Positions 49,493 to 61,091 of a stretch of DNA of 64,000 nucleotides are shown piece after piece. Under the pieces are notes generated by a model. It ran no database searches, was not told the DNA's origin, and worked only from the letters and a program-made list of their open reading frames with translations. A program made the translations under genes and the position numbers. Each line of letters starts with the position of its first letter. Within the stretch, counting starts at the first letter, position 1. The DNA comes from Naegleria gruberi. Its lineage: Eukaryota. Location: the NCBI GenBank assembly GCA_000004985.1, contig GG738913.1, one strand, 5' to 3'.

Positions 49493-51127
49493 ATGAAAAA
49501 CGAAGAGAATCATTTTCAAACATTAAAAAAAAATAACTTAACAACCTATTCGAAATCCTATTCGAAAGGTCCATTAGAAATGTCGAGTGATGGTTATGAA
49601 CTGTTAACGATTCCACTTGAAGCTGTTATTGGCTTTAAAAACGTTCTCTCCAAGAAATCTTCTTCCCAAACATTAAAATCTAGCCGAAGTGTTTCGTCCG
49701 CAGCCAAGACGAAACCTACACAATCTAACGTGGAAGAAATTCGATACAAATTCGAAGAATATATTTCTTCAGGTGAATTAGAAGAATCCTCACAAATTTC
49801 CCTTCAAAAACTTCAACTTTTGGATTGGTTTTATGATCCAAAAAGGAAAAGATCAATAACTGTGAAAAATCAAGTGGAATTATTCACAACATGTAATTCG
49901 TATCTGTTCGATTTGATTAAACAGAGTGATGAGTCAGGATTGATGATTCAGGAAGATCAGAGTGTGGAGTTTCCATTTCTGTCACAATTTGATGTCATTG
50001 TGCAGGAAAATCAAAAGATTTTGCCAATTTTTTCATCACACAAATATTCGAAAGAGTGGTTTTTGAAGAAACAACAAGAATTGAAAGAGTTTCAACAGAA
50101 AAGATCATCCACCTCGACAGGAATTGATCTATCGTCTGAAGATATTGCCAGGGATTATGAGGAATTTCAAGATTATCAATTGGATATTTTGGTTGTAATG
50201 ATTATCAATCAAATGAAAGATTATTTCAGTTATTTCCATAATGAAAATGCAAAATATTGTAAAAAATGGTTGCAAGATAATTTGCCAATTCTACCAAAAC
50301 ACTTGTTTGAAGATTTAAAGATCAAACATGACAGAATTCAAAAGTTTAAAGATTTACTTTCGTATAAGGAACAAGATATGGTCTATAGCACGATACTTGA
50401 TTCAGATTTTGAATTTATTAAGCATTTATCTGAAAGTACATCCGATTGGAAACTATTCGAAAAATCTAAAATTAACTCAGTTCATGTCTTTACCTCAAAA
50501 GAGAATTACACGAGTGTTTCTGGCACAAAAACCATGAAATATGTCTATTATCATCCGTACGATATTCACAAAGCAAGTAAGGGGTTTCTCTCGTTTGATT
50601 TTGCAGAACAAGATGGCATGTTCACTTGTGGAGAATTTAGAGATTACAAACAATTGGATATTAACAATTCATCCAGAAAGTATTCAAGTGCAGTTCGTTC
50701 ATGTACAATAGATCTAGGGAAATTCTTCTCCAAACGTCATAATGAAACTGTTGTGACTTCTAAGGCCAAATTCATTGGTAATGAGCTAGTAGAAACCATT
50801 ATACTTTACAAATCATGTAACAGTGATACTACACAAAAAAACAAATTCCTAACTGTTGGTGGATTTATTATTCAGAAAGATGATGTTGACAGATGCAGAA
50901 TCATTGATTTGAAAATGTTTAACATGGGTGGTTTTTTACAGAGCGATTTCATTGTAAACTTTGGAATTAAAAATCATTTGAAACAGATGGGACCCATGGT
51001 AAGTCAAATGATGAAAGAAGTTGAGGAAAGTAATTACAAAATTGATTCAGAAAACAAACCAATTTGGAGAACATTTTGTGATTATTGTAGAGAACATTAC
51101 AAAATTGATGCTAACCTGCTTGAATAA
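49493..51127 (+). CDS. Member C (544 aa) of the tandem paralog family.
   Basis: See 47677..49275. Confidence 0.5.
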   Translation: MKNEENHFQTLKKNNLTTYSKSYSKGPLEMSSDGYELLTIPLEAVIGFKNVLSKKSSSQTLKSSRSVSSAAKTKPTQSNVEEIRYKFEEYISSGELEESSQISLQKLQLLDWFYDPKRKRSITVKNQVELFTTCNSYLFDLIKQSDESGLMIQEDQSVEFPFLSQFDVIVQENQKILPIFSSHKYSKEWFLKKQQELKEFQQKRSSTSTGIDLSSEDIARDYEEFQDYQLDILVVMIINQMKDYFSYFHNENAKYCKKWLQDNLPILPKHLFEDLKIKHDRIQKFKDLLSYKEQDMVYSTILDSDFEFIKHLSESTSDWKLFEKSKINSVHVFTSKENYTSVSGTKTMKYVYYHPYDIHKASKGFLSFDFAEQDGMFTCGEFRDYKQLDINNSSRKYSSAVRSCTIDLGKFFSKRHNETVVTSKAKFIGNELVETIILYKSCNSDTTQKNKFLTVGGFIIQKDDVDRCRIIDLKMFNMGGFLQSDFIVNFGIKNHLKQMGPMVSQMMKEVEESNYKIDSENKPIWRTFCDYCREHYKIDANLLE

Positions 51128-51663
51128 ATTGGGTAACCAATTTAATCTTTACTGAAAGCGTGACATGAAAATGATTAGTTTTTATCCTTAATTGGTTGAA
51201 TAACATTTTCATATAGTAAATTGAACATTTTGGTGAAATTGCAAATGTCAGATTTACCCTCATTCTCAATAACATCCTTCAACAATTGAATAATCACATC
51301 AAAATTATTAAATTCCTTCATTTTCTTATTGAGTTCATTCAATTTTAATTCTTAAATTTCCATTTTCCCATTTAAATATTTCAGAAATTGAAACATTACA
51401 AACAATTGCCAAAAATAATTGTGACAAAAAAGCAATACTATAATAATCATGTTCTTTTGTAAATTGAATTAATTCATTTGTTAAATTGGTGAATCTACTT
51501 TTGTGTGAATTGAATTACATGATTGATCACACTCCAAGGTATCACATCACTTGTTAATTATCTACCATCATGTCATTCCAAAAGCTATTTTAAAACTGAC
51601 ACAAAGGTCCAAAAAAAAATACAACAACAACATCTTTACACACCATTAACAAAATAGTTTCGA

Positions 51664-53010
51664 ATGTCTTTCAACAGTTTCAACCTACTCACAAGCGATA
51701 ACGATACCGATCAAGAAATAGAATCCACTTCTCACAAGCAAGAAAATGCTCCTTCTACTGATGAAGATTTCACTACTTCTGAAGATTATAAAGGTTTCCA
51801 AGTTTTAAAAAAGAAAAGTAAAGGAAGGAAACATCCTTTCCGTGCAGAGAACAAGTCAGAGTCAGCTCTTAAAAACAAACTCAAGAAAGACTCTGATTTG
51901 AATATGCATCATTCCCAAACAACTGAGAACAAGTCAGCTCTTCAAAACAGTTTACCAGAACAACTCAAGAAAGACTCTCAATTTGTGGTAGTTGACAAGT
52001 ACCTTGCCAGTGGTAAAGTGCAGTTACATTCCATTGTTACCAAACCAGAAAATTTTAAAACAATGTATGTGATTTATGATTCTAGTTGTGATCTAGCACT
52101 TGGAGACGAGTTACAAATTACACAAGATTGCACAAGTTTATCCTCCACTACCTTTACAAAAATTAATACAGAAGATACTCAAGGATGTATTGTTTCCTCT
52201 GGTTTGCTTATTATGAAAGAAGGAAAGGGATTTTTCATGGAGAATAAGTTTTCATATGGAAAAATTACTTTTTCCTACATGATGAAGGAGCTAGACAAGG
52301 ATTTGACCGAATTACCAGATGATATCAAAGAAGAATTTCAGCATTGTGTGAAACAGTTTACCGATGAAGAGATCAAACAACTGAAGGGAGCCATCAATCT
52401 CATCAACGAGGATATGCAGAAATTCATGATACCACATTTGTTCATTGAAAAAATAACTCGATTTTTCACAAGATTTAGTGAAGATTTGCAGAGATTAGAT
52501 ACTGAGCGCGATATAGATGAAGAAGGATGTGCTTTCAAAAACTTTTCTCCTCCAAAAGGAAAGCTAGAATCTGTAGAAAAACTCATAAGAAAGAAAACAG
52601 AGACTTTGGATTATCGTAAAAATAACAATCTTGATATGAAAATGAGATTTAAAATGTATGACATCTTAAGTGAAGATTACATTAAGGATATGAACGATCT
52701 ATACCTTTGGAATGCAGTTATAGAATGTGTAGAAGAAACCAACTCAATTCCAACCGATCCCAATGACATGCTTTCTGGATTGAACTCAATTGATGTTCCA
52801 CTCGTAAATCTCAACACAAGAATCAAAGGCAGACAAAATCGTCTTTTATGTAGACTATTTATTGTTAATGCTGACCATGATTTTAGACTAAACACAAAAA
52901 TTAGAGACAAAGAGAGGAGGAAGAGAAGCGAATATAAAACGGAAGAAGTTTGGATGACTAAGGAAAATCTCCCAAAGAGCTTTTCCAAACTAGCAGAATT
53001 ATTTCCTTAA
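51664..53010 (+). CDS. Hypothetical acidic protein of 448 aa.
   Basis: Continuous ORF with eukaryotic aaATG context. No domain recognised. Confidence 0.35.
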   Translation: MSFNSFNLLTSDNDTDQEIESTSHKQENAPSTDEDFTTSEDYKGFQVLKKKSKGRKHPFRAENKSESALKNKLKKDSDLNMHHSQTTENKSALQNSLPEQLKKDSQFVVVDKYLASGKVQLHSIVTKPENFKTMYVIYDSSCDLALGDELQITQDCTSLSSTTFTKINTEDTQGCIVSSGLLIMKEGKGFFMENKFSYGKITFSYMMKELDKDLTELPDDIKEEFQHCVKQFTDEEIKQLKGAINLINEDMQKFMIPHLFIEKITRFFTRFSEDLQRLDTERDIDEEGCAFKNFSPPKGKLESVEKLIRKKTETLDYRKNNNLDMKMRFKMYDILSEDYIKDMNDLYLWNAVIECVEETNSIPTDPNDMLSGLNSIDVPLVNLNTRIKGRQNRLLCRLFIVNADHDFRLNTKIRDKERRKRSEYKTEEVWMTKENLPKSFSKLAELFP

Positions 53011-53149
53011 CATATTAACATGGATATTGCATAGATAATTTCCATCATGTGAAGAATAAATTCCACCACACTGCAAAACCTGAAAAGGGCCATATTGCAG
53101 ATATTGGATGATCATTGGCTTAATTGTTTGTGTTCCGAAATCATAAAAA

Positions 53150-54831
53150 ATGTCCAAACTTGTCTTCAGCAGCAGCACTGATGTATCACCTCAAGAAATA
53201 ACAAGAGAAAAGAACAAAGAATCCGATGACGAGGAAATAGAAATTGAAGAAAAGTTTCAACGAAAGGAATTGTTGTCTTCATCCAATACATCTAATAGAA
53301 AAATGAGAAGAAGAGGCTCTGTGATGGTTTATGAAAGTTTTTTCTCATCAGAAAATAATATCCTCAATATTTACCCACAAGCGAAAAGTAATATCCAAGA
53401 ATATTTCAAAAATAGTGAGTTCAAGTTTGAAGAAGAAATTAGTATTACAAAATCAATTTTTGAAAAAGAAACAATGCATTTAGTTCTTGTCCCCTATTCG
53501 AAATTGAATGAATTTGATTTGAATTCATGTTCCAAAGTAATGGTTCTTGGTTTTTTAGTACTGACCAGTTTGCAAGGTTTTGTTTTCAAAATCAATAGCA
53601 AAAAGCTGCAATTTCAAAAACAGGATCCAAATACTGAAGAAGAACAAACTGACAATGATGATGAAAGAAATTCATCCAATAAGAGAAAAAGAAATATGAA
53701 AGAAAATGGATCAAAGAAAAGAAAAGTTTCAACAATCACCAAAGAAATTAATTACTCTGATAATTTGAAAGAAATACTTCAAGAATATGAAATTAATGGT
53801 AAAATTGCTACGAAAATAAGAAATGATGATAAGGTAGCTCTCTATTTTAAACTTGATAATGGGTTTTTAAAGATAATTCACTATTTTGATAATAGTTCAG
53901 AGAATGTGAAAGGCATGCAAATTATCAAATCCATTCAGCATGACAATATTAATCAGATTTTTCAATTTAAGAAACTGTCCATAACTAGCTCACAATTAGA
54001 TGAATTGTTTTTTGAAAACATTTCAGTTACAACCAAATCAGAACCAACAATATTTGATAGAGGATGGATTATCGTTGAGAATAAATTTCAACACTTCCAC
54101 ATAGGTTCCACAACAGTCAATCACTCGAACAGTATTCAATAACATTTTCACAATTTGTTGGTGATATTATTACTTTCATTATTTACCTGAACCAAAAAGA
54201 TTTGAATACCAAATTATTATGTTTTATCAAGTTAATGATGGATGCTATTGAAGCAGTTAATATATTACATGAAAATAATATTATTCATTGTGATATTTCA
54301 ATTAGAAATGTTGGCATGTTATTTACAAAACATGTCATGACATCATATGCCAAAGAAAAAAGCTCAATATTGGAAGCATTGCCAAATGTTTCAAACTGTA
54401 ATTTCATTTTGATTGATTTCAATCATTGTAAAGTGGAAGGACAAGAACAAGCAACATTGAACATTTTTCCAGAATGTAATTTTAAAAAAGAAAATATTTT
54501 CTTTCCATTTATATCAGAGGCATACTATCCTACAGATGAATTGGTTCAATTTACAAAAGAACATGATTATTATAGTATTGCTTTAGTTTTGTCACAATTA
54601 TTTTTGGCAATTGTTTGTAATGTTTCAATTTCTGAAATATTTAAATGGGAAAATGGAAATTTAAAAGAATCAGTATTGAGCGAACTCAATAAGAAAATGA
54701 AGGAATTTAATAATTTTGATGTGATTATTCAATTGTTGAAGGATGTTATTGAGAATGAGGGTAAATCTGACATTTGCAATTTCACCAAAACATTCAATTT
54801 ACTATATGAAAATGTTATTCAACCCAATTAA
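53150..54831 (+). pseudogene. Copy 1 of a protein-kinase-like gene with degenerate catalytic motifs (HCDISIRNV / LIDFNHCKV). Disrupted relative to copy 2 at 61142..62351.
   Basis: Two ORFs (53150..54142 and 54202..54831) lie in different frames. Copy 2 reads through the same region in one frame (…SEPTIFVTFSQFVGDIITFIIYLNQNDLNTKLL…). Copy 1 has an insertion of about 83 nt carrying a TAA after ...SEPTIF, plus a 1-nt indel. No GT..AG pair rescues the frame. Confidence 0.4.
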
Positions 54832-54904
54832 GGATAAAAACTAGTAGTAAAGTATACATCATTGTTGCAACAAATTTTGTTATGATATAATGTGTGAGTA
54901 TTAT

Positions 54905-56993
54905 TTATTGAATGAAACATTTCTTCTTTTCATCATCAATTTCCGAATCAAATTGTGAATCTTCATCAGCACCACCACTCTTTGATTGCTTCTTCTTCAA
55001 TCTCTTTCTATATTTTTCCATCTTTTTTTCATATTCCTCAACTTGTTTAAAGTATGAATCTGGTGGCCATTTGTTTTCAGTAACATGTTTCAGATTTTCA
55101 CCTGTCAAAAGTTCCCATTCCCTTCTTGCTTTCATTGGACCATAATTTGTAGAGATGAAATGGAGACAAAAGTTGGCCAATTGATTGGCTTCATAAGTTT
55201 GAGCTAGTAATAGTAGACCTATAATGTCAATGTCAGCTTTTTCAATTCCTTGAGCAACTGATTTGTCAATATTTTTCGAGATGAAAATTTCACACATTGA
55301 GGTCAATCCAGACATGCCATATTCGTTGGCCAAGCTCAACAATCCAACAGCATTTCTTTCATTGATGGTAGAGTGAGCAGAGTACAGATATTCGAATAGG
55401 GCGTGGAATTCACTTATTCTATTCTCATTCTCACCAATTTCACCACTCAAATCTACTTGCCTTGATGAGTGCTCTACGAAATTGCCCTCAAACATTGTTC
55501 TGAATACATCACAATTAGCAGAGAGGAATAGTTTGTGTCCCTGAAAATTCTTGGAAGAATCAGTTGTGGAAAAGACAATTTCGACATCGGAGTGAGTTTT
55601 CTTATCAAAGTACTTTTTCTTAATTTCACTACCCAATAGATCATTAAGATAGGTTTCAATACTTTCATTGAACACATCTTCCTCTCCTCTCTGGTAATTA
55701 CTGACTATATTGTCAGTGTATTCACATTCAAAGATGGTAGATGCAATCTTGACCTTATTGAGAAATTGATCTTTTTTACACCTTTCCAGCATAGTTTCCG
55801 ATCCTCCATAATATTGGATTTCCAATAGGGATTTGAAAGCCCTATGATGAATAGTGTTGGAGAGTCTGAATTTCAATATATTCGGCTCATTCTCATCAAT
55901 AGAGACAGATGAGAAACCACTCACTCTACCTCCATTAATTTTGGCACTCAATTTTTCAAATGCTTCATGTGAATAGCTATTCATTCCAGCATCTCTACAC
56001 ACCAATACGTCATCGAATAATTTTCTAATAACTTTGGAGGGAACACAAGCCAACACCAATGAATGGGCCTTAATTTCCACATCAATGTCCTTAGTGGAAT
56101 TGTAAATAACAAACTTGGTATCACAGCAAAAATCACTATCCAGAAGGTTTTTAAAACCCTTGCCATAATTTGAGCTTTCCACATAAATCCAAGGAGCTTT
56201 ACCAGCTGGAGGCATTACAGGAGGAGTTGGTTCAATATCTTCAGAGTTTCCAATCACTACCTTCTTTCTTCCTTTTTTTGAAGATTTGGACTCGTCAATT
56301 GCTTGTGAAATTGCCAAATTGAAGAGTTTATCAATATTGTACATGGTTCTAGAGCTTGTAACAATGGATCCTGAAGCAGGTGAGTTCTGTACCATTTGCT
56401 CAATCATTTCCTGAGTGATTATTGAGTCACGATCCGCATCAGAGACAAGATCACTCTTACACCCAACCAATATGATCTATTTGAATAGAAAGGGAATATT
56501 AAATGAATACATTGGTATATGGAATGGTCAACTTACTGGAATATCAGGACAGTGATGAATCAATTCTGGAATCCATTTTGATTTGACATTTGCAAATGAA
56601 GCTCGATTGACCATTGAAAAACTGAATCATTTTGTTAGAGAAATAACCACTGAAAAACATACCAAACAAAGAAGACATCAGTTCCTGGATATGAAAGAGG
56701 TCTCAATCTGTCATAATCTAGTCAATTGTCAAATTGTCACAATTATTAACAACAATTTCAACATACCTTCTTGACCAGCAGTATCCCACAATCCAACATT
56801 ATAATTTCTATTTCCATATGTCACATTAGCACTCTTCCGAAATCAATTTAACTGTCATCAAATTACTTACGTAATTGTCAAAAACTGTTGGAACATAATC
56901 TTCGGGAAATGAATTTGTGGTGGAGGCAATCAAAAGACAACTCTTTCCGACGGCGCCATCACCAACAACTACCAATTTCAAGCTATTGTCCAT
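54905..56993 (-). CDS. racA: RhoBTB-type atypical Rho GTPase (Rho GTPase domain plus two BTB domains). Three exons.
   Basis: Exon 1 is 56993..56871 ([41 protein letters not shown]). Intron 1 is 37 nt (GTAAGT..AAG). Exon 2 runs 56833 to about 56768 ([22 protein letters not shown], donor GTATGT). The last exon is 56476..54905 ([10 protein letters not shown]... then two BTB-like regions and a basic/acidic tail). The GTPase plus tandem BTB architecture is that of RhoBTB, as in Dictyostelium RacA. Confidence 0.7.
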
Positions 56994-57674
56994 TATTATG
57001 TACACGTTGATGTGAGTTTGTTATTTTTTTTTGATTTTGTTTTCAAAGTACCATTGAACAAGGAACTCTTACAAAAATTTGATTAATGATTACTTTATTC
57101 AGATTTAAGATCATAATTAAAATTCAAAAACAACTTTATTAGTAGGATAGTTTGTAAACTTCAATTTCTTCAACTTTGCATTTCAACAATCTATAAAAAA
57201 AATAGTCAACATTCTTCTACTCTAGGAGGACATGATGATTTTCGGAGTGGTTTTACATCATGAAACTACCAAACTTTCACAGCATCATCTCAACATCATC
57301 TAAATAGTAGTAATAGTAATAATTGTTTTTGGTGGATTATCATCATCATTTTGGAATTTATTTTTCATGATGGAAAATCACACGTTGATGTTTAATCATC
57401 CGATCATTCACCTACCATCATCAATGTTGTTTTACATTAAAATANNNNNNNNNNNNNNNNNNNNNNNNNNNNNNNNNNNNNNNNNNNNNNNNNNNNNNNN
57501 NNNNNNNNNNNNNNNNNNNNNNNNNNNNNNNNNNNNNNNNNNNNNNNNNNNNNNNNNNNNNNNNNNNNNNNNNNNNNNNNNNNNNNNNNNNNNNNNNNNN
57601 NNNNNNNNNNNNNNNNNNNCATCATTCTGTTTTATGCTTCTCCAATAGGAAAATGGTGGAGTGATAGGGTTTTT

Positions 57675-58373
57675 ATGATTGAGGCATTGAAGAGTGATGT
57701 ATGTTTAATAAGAAACTGTTCTGAGGAAATACGGACTGATAGAGAAATTATTGACATGATTATTGACATAGATGCAGCAAGTTCTTTTCAATATATTGGA
57801 AAATTCAAGGAAGATGAAGATATTGTGAAAAAGGCACTATTTAAATCAAACTTCACGATTCTACATTATATCAATAGTGATTTTCTGCTTAATAATAGAG
57901 AACTAGTTCTCACAATATTGAAAAGTAACGGAAAGTATATTAACGAAATGCCAGAGGCAATCCAAAAGGATAGAGAATGCTTTTTCCTAGCTGCAAGAAC
58001 GCCTTATTTTACATCCAAAGTTCAATCTCTTTACAAAATAATAGAGAGTGACAGAGAGGATTTCAAATCAATTCTGCAATTTAATCCGGACCTTTTGGAG
58101 AAGACCATTTTCAAAGACGACAGAGAGCTTCTTAAAGAGGCTCTTTCACACTGTGGATTTTGTCTCAGATTTGCAAGTGAAGAATTCAAGGCAGATAAGG
58201 AACTTGTTTTGACAGCCGTAACAAAAAATGGATCTGCCCTTATGTATGCCTCTCCAAAACTCAAAGATTGTGAAGAGATTGTCTTGGCAGCTGTAACGAA
58301 TGATGGAAAAGCAATTCGATTTGCTTCAAAGAGATTATCGAATCAGAAAACTCTAAATTGTAATATTTATTAA
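57675..58373 (+). CDS. DUF4116-repeat protein (232 aa visible). The N-terminus may be lost in the 57445..57619 gap.
   Basis: Repeats of about 35 aa: CGFCLRFASEEFKADKELVLTAVTKNGSALMYASPKLKDCEEIVLAAVTNDGKAIRFASKRLSN. Same repeat type as in the 26894..30934 kinase. Confidence 0.45.
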   Translation: MIEALKSDVCLIRNCSEEIRTDREIIDMIIDIDAASSFQYIGKFKEDEDIVKKALFKSNFTILHYINSDFLLNNRELVLTILKSNGKYINEMPEAIQKDRECFFLAARTPYFTSKVQSLYKIIESDREDFKSILQFNPDLLEKTIFKDDRELLKEALSHCGFCLRFASEEFKADKELVLTAVTKNGSALMYASPKLKDCEEIVLAAVTNDGKAIRFASKRLSNQKTLNCNIY

Positions 58374-58999
58374 CGTCTCTGGTCTACAATGAGTATACAC
58401 ATTTTGGCGATCGACGATTGGCGAAAATTGCCACTTGAATTTTACGAATAGTTTCATTCGCTTAATGAAATTGGAGATCTCCAGATGAAAATTGCGATTG
58501 GTTTTTTGAAAAAGACCAAAATTCCAACATATGTGGGATATTTGTTATTAAAATTACAAAGAAATTCTTTTAGAAGAGTCAACACCATATTTTCTAGCAT
58601 CTACATAATCCTTTGGATCTTGTGAATATCTCAGTATCACAAATGGAATCACTCTCACAGTAGCCATTCCAATAATTCACTTCATCAAGTACATCATACC
58701 TCTGTTGATTCTTGGTGTAATTTCACATCTATTAACTCCAAGAATTTCACCACATCATCTCATCATGATTTAAATAATTTTATATTGCCACTAAAATCAG
58801 ATTCACATGATAATTTGGAAAACTTTCAATCTAGTATTGTTCAGCATGGTCGATCCCATCAGATAAAATCACTTCCGAATATTTTCCTATTGGTTATCAT
58901 GATGATAGGTACATGTATTCCATATCATAAACATTCGGAATGAATTCAACATCTTTTCCCTTAAAACCAGCTAATCTTCATTAAGGAACCTTAAAAAAA

Positions 59000-60058
59000 A
59001 TGAGATTCGTCAGAGAGCGTCTTGAAGTCGTTACCTGTTACATTCCTTTCAGTGGTGAGGCGGTTGGTGATAACACTTCTCAAACTTTCCAGAAGACTCC
59101 TGGTAAGAACCATTATCCATCCAATGCTTGCTTTAACGTTTTTTGGTATCAACAACCAACATGGACACCACCTATCTGCAAGTATCTAATAGAATATTAT
59201 GATACTCTCAAATCATTACCAAGTGCTTCGGAAGGTACTAGTGCTGTTGTTAGATTAAGTTCCACAAGAAAAACTGGTAACAACGCTTTTATTAGAAGTT
59301 CAGGCTCTGGATTTTACATTCTTCCCAACACAATTATTACAAATAGTCATGTTGAAGCTGAACTTGAGAGAATTGGTGGTAAAATAACTGCATTCAGCAA
59401 TGCATGGAACAATAGCAATTCAACAATTTTGCCTACCAGGATCAGAACCTTGCATTCTGGGAAAACTATCAAAGATTCCCAATTGGGTAATTTATTTCCG
59501 GTCACTTATAGTTGGGTTGGAAGAGATCCTATCACTACCAAAGTAGGAGACTTTGATTACTTTGATGTCACCGCAATGGACTTTACTACTGGTTCTCTTG
59601 GTAATAAGGTTTTTTTCATTCCTTCTCCAAGAATTTTGCAACCTAATGATGAAATTATTTCTCTTTCTTATCCAGGAGACAAGCATCAACAACCTCCTTA
59701 TTCTAGTAGCCTTACTTATGTTGATTGGGCTCCAAGTGAATCCTTTTTGAAGGACAATATCTTTAATGGCTACGGAAAGTTATGTGCAAGTGTTGGGACG
59801 ATTATGCACCCATACAAATTGTCAGAAAATGGATTTGTAGAAAAAGATGAAAACTTTCGTTACGATTCGTCTAATCAAGAATGTTTGGCAAGCTCTGAAT
59901 GCTTAATATATGGAAGTTCTGGTGGTGTTATGATTTCAAAATTCTCACAAGTGTATCAAATTGGAGAGTATACATTAGTTGAGTTTAATGCTATCCACAC
60001 TGGTGGAGAGTTTGTTCGATGTTCAGATTGTTTGAAAGAAAGTTCATCTGCTTACATA
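59000..60058 (+). CDS. Trypsin-like (chymotrypsin-fold, Trypsin_2-type) serine peptidase. The 3' end runs into the 60059..60108 gap.
   Basis: NAFIRSSGSGFYILPNTIITNSHV (His region) ... DFDYFDV (Asp) ... CLIYGSSGGVMISKF (GxSGG Ser motif), in the canonical His-Asp-Ser order. Confidence 0.45.
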
Positions 60059-60695
60059 NNNNNNNNNNNNNNNNNNNNNNNNNNNNNNNNNNNNNNNNNN
60101 NNNNNNNNTTCTATATCATTATAGATCATGTACATCAGGTTGGTAAAGTTTCAATAAGTGGTCCTTTTTCAAGATTTCATCCTATTCGTCATAGTTGAAG
60201 AAGTGTGATTGAGGGAAGAAATCTTTAAATATGAAAGTTAAAATAAATTTGATGTTCGATGTATACTCACCAAATGGAACATTTTCATGTCAGGATTCAA
60301 TATGTTTTGATGAGAAACTCAAAAGTTATAGTTGACCTATTTTACTTCACAACTTCCCTTTTCACTTCATACTTTTATATCTACAGACTTGAACTTTTGA
60401 AATTTCATATGAAAGTGATTATAAATGTTGTTAATGGTGATATAGACTATATAATCTCATTAAAGGATTTTGAAATTATCATTCTTCCTATAGTTTCATT
60501 TATGAAATTTTAATCTGACATTATTTACAAAGTTAATATTTTATAAATTGAAAAACTAAATATACCACGTTGTTCTACTCATCATTTCCTATCGAATGAT
60601 ATAAAATTTAATGATATTTGAATAAGTTTATAATTTTGGGCTAGGGTTTGAAGGTTGGGTTTAGAATAATTCTATTTTTAGAATTGGGTTTGGGT

Positions 60696-61091
60696 TTGGG
60701 TTTGGGTTTGGGTTTGGGTTTGGGTTTGGGTTTGGGTTTGGGTTTGGGTTTGGGTTTGGGTTTGGGTTTGGGTTTGGGTTTGGGTTTGGGTTTGGGTTTG
60801 GGTTTGGGTTTGGGTTTGGGTTTGGGTTTGGGTTTGGGTTTGGGTTTGGGTTTGGGTTTGGGTTTGGGTTTGGGTTTGGGTTTGGGTTTGGGTTTGGGTT
60901 TGGGTTTGGGTTTGGGTTTGGGTTTGGGTTTGGGTTTGGGTTTGGGTTTGGGTTTGGGTTTGGGTTTGGGTTTGGGTTTGGGTTTGGGTTTGGGTTTGGG
61001 TTTGGGTTTGGGTTTGGGTTTGGGTTTGGGTTTGGGTTTGGGTTTGGGTTTGGGTTTGGCCCTGGGTTTGGGTTTGGGTTTGGGTTTGGGT
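60696..61091. repeat. (GGGTTT)n telomere-like hexamer microsatellite of about 66 units with one variant unit. Degenerate TAGGGTTTGAAGGTTGGGTTTAG units precede it at 60638-60670. It ends in an N-gap.
   Basis: Read directly. ORFs 60641..61183 (PKPKPK...) and the first 150 aa of 60648..62351 (GLGLGL...) are translations of this repeat, not genes. Confidence 0.95.

Noticed and set aside
60696-61091. Possibility that the regular repeat array is a CRISPR array
   Set aside because: It is a 6-nt unit microsatellite with no spacers, in a eukaryotic genome. Not CRISPR.
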